Assembly (NCBI GenBank): GCA_030616605.1
Contig: JAUWWY010000002.1
Span: 118,867-182,866, forward strand
Source: a bacterium
GTDB taxonomy: Bacteria; Patescibacteriota; Minisyncoccia; Minisyncoccales; CG1-02-41-26
Direction of reading: 5' to 3'
DNA: 64,000 nucleotides
The notes beneath the pieces are model-generated. The model saw nothing but the letters and a program-made list of their open reading frames with translations, was not told the origin of the DNA and made no database searches. The translations under genes were made by a program, and so were the position numbers. Shown in pieces: positions 60,105 to 64,000 of this stretch (the first letter of the stretch is position 1; every line of letters begins with the position of its first letter).

Positions 60105-60791
60105 ATGTCTTTTTTTTATATTGTTGCCACCCCAATTGGAAACCTTAAAGACCTGAGTTTGAGAGCAATTGAAATTTTAAATAGTGTTGATTTGATTTTA
60201 GCTGAAGATACAAGAGTTACTAAAAAATTGTTAAACCGGTTTAAAATCAAAAAACCGGTTTTATCTTACCATCAACACTCAAAACTGAAAAAAATAAATT
60301 ATATTATAAAACTTCTCAAAAAAGGAAAGAATTTAGCTTTGGTTTCAGATGCCGGCACCCCGGGAATTTCTGATCCAGGAAACAAATTAGTTGAAGAAGT
60401 GATTAAATCATTGAGTGATCAAGTAAAAATTATCCCTATTCCGGGTGCCTCGGCAGTCACAGTTGCAGCCAGTATTTCCGGTTTTCCAATGGATAAATTT
60501 TTGTTTTTAGGTTTTCCTCCAGCAAAAAGAAAAAGGAAGAAATTTTTTCAAGAAGTTTTAGATTCAAAATATCCAGTGATTTTTTATGAATCACCCCATA
60601 GAATTTTAAAAACACTCAACGAATTAAACCTTGAACTACAAACCACCAACTACAAACTACAGACTATTGTCTGTCGCGAGTTAACAAAAATTTATGAAAC
60701 AGTTTACAGGGGAACAATTGAGGAGGTAATTGAAAAAATTAAAAAAGATAAAATTAAAGGCGAGTTCGTTGTTATAGTAAAAAGAAAATAG
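60105..60791 (+). CDS. rsmI: 16S rRNA (cytidine1402-2'-O)-methyltransferase RsmI
   Basis: LYIVATPIGNLKDLSLRAIEIL...LAEDTR. Confidence 0.8.
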   Translation: MSFFYIVATPIGNLKDLSLRAIEILNSVDLILAEDTRVTKKLLNRFKIKKPVLSYHQHSKLKKINYIIKLLKKGKNLALVSDAGTPGISDPGNKLVEEVIKSLSDQVKIIPIPGASAVTVAASISGFPMDKFLFLGFPPAKRKRKKFFQEVLDSKYPVIFYESPHRILKTLNELNLELQTTNYKLQTIVCRELTKIYETVYRGTIEEVIEKIKKDKIKGEFVVIVKRK

Positions 60792-61215
60792 CTAAAGAGA
60801 TAATTATAATTTGAGAAAAGATCCCCCAAAGAGGGAATATTTTTTTATCTTCGGGAAAATGAAATTTTTGATGAAAAACCCGCCCTATTTCTAATAATTT
60901 ATTGGAGAAAATTAAATTGAGGAAAACAAAAGCGTCTGGTAAGACAGCAATTAATCCTCCGATAAGGGCCAAAAAGAATTTTTCTGAAAAAAGAAAAACA
61001 AGAAAGACACCTAATGATAAATCAAGAGCAATTTTTAAAAAATCCTTAAAGGAATTTTTCCATTTTTTTTGTTTTATATTTTCAATAGAATATTCCCAGT
61101 GAGGCAGAGTGTCCAAAAGATAATGACTTAAAAAAGCCAAAATCAGAGCTAAGGGTAAAAATTTAATTTTTAAAACTATAGCCGCACCAATTAAAAAATG
61201 AATAGCTAAAATCAT
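60772..61215 (-). CDS. Small polytopic membrane protein, hypothetical
   Basis: Four predicted TM segments; no recognisable motif. Confidence 0.3.
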   Translation of the reverse strand: MILAIHFLIGAAIVLKIKFLPLALILAFLSHYLLDTLPHWEYSIENIKQKKWKNSFKDFLKIALDLSLGVFLVFLFSEKFFLALIGGLIAVLPDAFVFLNLIFSNKLLEIGRVFHQKFHFPEDKKIFPLWGIFSQIIIISLAIFFLL

Positions 61216-61256
61216 GAAAATTTAATAAAAATATGATAAAATTATTGTAGCATATT

Positions 61257-62705
61257 ATGAAGAGAATTAATAAAAAATTTTTTATTTCTACAGCTATAGA
61301 TTATCCTTCGGAGAAACCGCATCTAGGGCATTGTTTAGAGAAAATCCAGGCAGATGTGTTAGCTCGATATAAGAGACTTCAAGGTTTTGATGTTCATTTC
61401 AGCACGGGTCTAGATGAGCACGGTCTTAAAATACAAAGACGAGCTCAGAAAGCAGGAAAGAATCCCCAGGAGTTTGTAGATGAAATGAGTAGATATTTTA
61501 AGAATTTATGGAAAATACTAAATATTTCAAATGATGATTTTATTCGAACAACTGAAAAAAAGCATATAAAAGTTGTTCAGAAGGTTTTTCAAAAAATCTA
61601 TGAAAAAGGAGATATTTATAAAGGGAAATATAAGGGTTTATACTGTGTGGACTGCGAGAGTTTTTATTTACCGAAAGATTTAGTAGATGGTAAATGTCCT
61701 ATACATCATAAATCCCCCGAATCAATACAAGAGGAGAGTTATTTCTTTAGAATGAATAAACACCAAGAAGCTCTTACTAGATACATCAAAGAGAATGAAA
61801 ATTTTATTATTCCAGGAAGTAGAAGGAATGAGATTTTGAAAAGACTGTCTGAATCTCTTCAGGATTTAAGTATTTCACGAAAAACAGTTAAATGGGGAAT
61901 TCCATTACCCACCGATAAAAAATTCAGTTTGTTCGTTTGGATAGATGCTTTAATAAATTATTTCACAACTATAGATTATCCGAATAAAAAATTTAAAAAA
62001 TTTTGGCCAGTTGATGTCCATATTATTGGCAAGGATATTATTTGGCACCACAGCGTGATTTGGGGTAGTTTACTTTTATCTTTGGGATTGCCATTACCAA
62101 AAACAATATTAGTTCATGGTTTTATTACTTCTGGTGGTCAGAAAATGTCAAAAAGTTTGGGTAATGTTATTGACCCATTTGAGTTGATTGAGAAATACGG
62201 AACTGATCCAGTACGCTATTTTCTTTTGCGGGAAATTTCTCCGACTGAAGATGGTGATTTCACCTATGAGAAATTTGAAAAGAGATATAATGCAGATCTT
62301 GCTTCAGGTTTGGGGAACTTGGTAGCGAGAGTTTTGACAATGGCAGAAAAGATAAACTCAAAGCGCAAAACTCAAAGCGCAAAACTACAGCTCAAAGCTC
62401 AAAACTTAGTAAAAAAAGAAATTGATAAAACTTGGGAAAATTATAAAAATACTTTTGAGCGCTTTAAATTTAATGAAACCTTAGGCACAATTTGGAAATT
62501 GATTGGTTTTTGCGATAGATATATTGAACAGGAAAGGCCCTGGGATAAATCTGAAAGGCAGTTATCAGTTATTAACGATTTATTGTTTTGTTTAAATGAA
62601 ATTGCTAAACTACTTCAACCATTTTTACCGGAAACAGCAGAGAAAATTTTTAAGCAATTAAAGTCTAAAAAAGGAAAACCACTTTTTCCCAGGCTAGGGG
62701 ATTGA
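61257..62705 (+). CDS. metG: Methionyl-tRNA synthetase (short form)
   Basis: PHLGHCLEKIQADVLARY (HIGH region) and KMSKSLGN. A CAAAG-family repeat lies at 62355-62408. Confidence 0.85.
   Translation: MKRINKKFFISTAIDYPSEKPHLGHCLEKIQADVLARYKRLQGFDVHFSTGLDEHGLKIQRRAQKAGKNPQEFVDEMSRYFKNLWKILNISNDDFIRTTEKKHIKVVQKVFQKIYEKGDIYKGKYKGLYCVDCESFYLPKDLVDGKCPIHHKSPESIQEESYFFRMNKHQEALTRYIKENENFIIPGSRRNEILKRLSESLQDLSISRKTVKWGIPLPTDKKFSLFVWIDALINYFTTIDYPNKKFKKFWPVDVHIIGKDIIWHHSVIWGSLLLSLGLPLPKTILVHGFITSGGQKMSKSLGNVIDPFELIEKYGTDPVRYFLLREISPTEDGDFTYEKFEKRYNADLASGLGNLVARVLTMAEKINSKRKTQSAKLQLKAQNLVKKEIDKTWENYKNTFERFKFNETLGTIWKLIGFCDRYIEQERPWDKSERQLSVINDLLFCLNEIAKLLQPFLPETAEKIFKQLKSKKGKPLFPRLGD
62355..62408 (+). 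repeat. CAAAG-family patch AACTCAAAGCGCAAAACTCAAAGCGCAAAACTACAGCTCAAAGCTCAAAACTTA inside metG
   Basis: Encodes NSKRKTQSAKLQLKAQNL. Confidence 0.8.
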
Positions 62706-62819
62706 CAAACATTTTTAATTTTTGCTATCTTAAATTATATTACTCTCAGCTTTGAATCAAACTGAGGGCTTTTAAAACTCATAGTTTGAACCTTAAAAAC
62801 AAAAAGGAAAGAAGAAACA

Positions 62820-63041
62820 ATGGACGTACATGTATCCTCAAGTGAAGATGGTTCTTTACAACGGTTTTCGCACTATTGTGAAGAAAGAGAGGCTATTAAG
62901 AGGAAATTGAATAATTCGAATGTGCCGGCAGGTAAAAGAGAAAGATTGGGTTACCGCCTCAATCTTCTGGAAAGACAACTAATTCCTAATACAATCTTAG
63001 CTGTTCAGAGTCTCCATCAAGAAAGACCCCAGGGGTTTTAG
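62820..63041 (+). CDS. Small hypothetical protein (73 aa) in a locally GC-richer segment; possibly non-coding
   Basis: ORF only. It is flanked by a hairpin at 62745-62768 and a terminator at 63055-63092. Confidence 0.2.
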   Translation: MDVHVSSSEDGSLQRFSHYCEEREAIKRKLNNSNVPAGKRERLGYRLNLLERQLIPNTILAVQSLHQERPQGF

Positions 63042-63054
63042 AGGCGGTATCATA

Positions 63055-63092
63055 GGGCGGTTCAATTAAAATCAGAACCGCCCTTTTTGTTT
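63055..63092 (+). terminator. Rho-independent terminator
   Basis: GGGCGGTTC-aattaaaatca-GAACCGCCC stem followed by TTTTTGTTT. Confidence 0.55.
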
Positions 63093-63109
63093 GAGCTTTA
63101 AATTTTAAT

Positions 63110-63913
63110 TTGCTAAACTTAAAAATGTTTATGCTGATTGATACCCATAGTCATTTAAATTTTACTGATTTTGATAAAGATAGAGACGAAGTTATTCGTC
63201 GCTCTTTAGTTGAAAATACCTGGATGATAAATGCCAGTACCAATTATTTAACCTCTAAGAAAGCAGTTGAAATTGCTGAAAAATATGAGGAGGGAATTTA
63301 TGCTGCTGTTGGGTTACATCCTGGAGATGTTTTAGAGGAGGATTTTAGTTACGAGAAATACAGAGAATTAGCCCATTCGACAGGCTCAGGGCAAGCTAAA
63401 TCAAAGGTAGTGGCAATTGGGGAGGTCGGTTTAGATTATTGGTATAAACCAAAAACTAAAAGAAAGTTTGAATTATTTAAACAAAAACAAAAAGAGATTT
63501 TTTTGAAACAGTTGAATCTGGCAAAGGAATTAAATCTACCAATAATCATTCACTGCCGAGTTGCTCATGAAGATTTATTAAAAATTCTTAAGGGACAGGA
63601 GTTTCAAGGTGTCATTCATTCTTTTACCGGCACCTGGGAACAAGCTGAAAAATATTTAGAAATGGGATTTTATCTCGGCTTTAATGGAATAATTTTTAAA
63701 TTAAATCTTAATGAAATTATTAAAAAAGTTCCTTTAAATAGAATTTTAATTGAAACCGATTCACCCTTTTTAGTACCACCGCCATTGAAAATCAAGAGAT
63801 GTGAGCCGATTTTTGTTAAATATATAGCCCAAGAAATTGCTAAAATTAGAAATGAAAATTTTGAGAAAATAGCTCAAATTACAACAGAAAATGCAAAATC
63901 TCTTTTCTTGTGA
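63110..63913 (+). CDS. tatD: TatD-family metal-dependent hydrolase/DNase
   Basis: LIDTHSHLNF, AIGEVGLDYW and ETDSPFL. Confidence 0.8.
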   Translation: MLNLKMFMLIDTHSHLNFTDFDKDRDEVIRRSLVENTWMINASTNYLTSKKAVEIAEKYEEGIYAAVGLHPGDVLEEDFSYEKYRELAHSTGSGQAKSKVVAIGEVGLDYWYKPKTKRKFELFKQKQKEIFLKQLNLAKELNLPIIIHCRVAHEDLLKILKGQEFQGVIHSFTGTWEQAEKYLEMGFYLGFNGIIFKLNLNEIIKKVPLNRILIETDSPFLVPPPLKIKRCEPIFVKYIAQEIAKIRNENFEKIAQITTENAKSLFL

Positions 63914-63946
63914 AAAAGAGAATAAAATGATAAAATAGAGAGCAAA

Positions 63947-64000
63947 ATGGACTACAATCCAAATAAAATTGAAAAGAGATGGCAGAAATTTTGGGAAAGA
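63947..64000 (+). CDS. leuS: Leucyl-tRNA synthetase, N-terminal fragment (continues beyond the window)
   Basis: MDYNPNKIEKRWQKFWER matches the LeuS N-terminus. Confidence 0.6.
   Translation, partial: MDYNPNKIEKRWQKFWER

Overview
This window is AT-rich (roughly one-third GC) and densely packed with housekeeping genes. The gene content looks like a Candidate Phyla Radiation / Patescibacteria-type bacterium. Recognisable genes include ruvA (3' part), murE, metK, ftsH, gyrA, valS, tsaD, recG, argS, ileS, the glycyl- and methionyl-tRNA synthetases, the start of leuS, infC-rpmI-rplT, smpB with an adjacent tmRNA, rsmI, tatD, recO, guaB and a PolX polymerase. There are also several archaeal-flavoured genes: archease plus RtcB, an Elp3-like protein, an endonuclease Q-like PHP-domain protein, a presenilin/SPP-like intramembrane protease and an Mth938-domain protein. 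Four tRNAs are present (Val-GAC, Ile-UAU, Leu-UAG, Glu-UUC). I found no CRISPR array, transposase or integrase. The main unexplained signals are: (1) a dispersed family of short CAAAG-based heptanucleotide tandem-repeat patches inserted in frame, always in sense orientation, into at least six essential genes and translated in different frames at different sites; further in-frame 7- or 8-nt periodic patches occur in tsaD, recG, ileS, the glycyl-tRNA synthetase gene and recO; (2) a structured 150-190 nt element of about 150 nt, carrying a TATAAT box and GGTTCT direct-repeat hairpins, present in two divergent promoter regions 15 kb apart; (3) two tandem VirB2/TrbC-like pilin genes with Cys-rich mature N-termini, followed by a lipoprotein gene driven by two consensus sigma-70 promoters; (4) an 1811-aa membrane-anchored giant protein with an N-terminal HTH-like domain, nine tail-fibre-like repeats, a discoidin-like domain and a (PEPEPT)n tail. 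All calls rest on reading the six-frame translations and the raw sequence; I ran no database searches.
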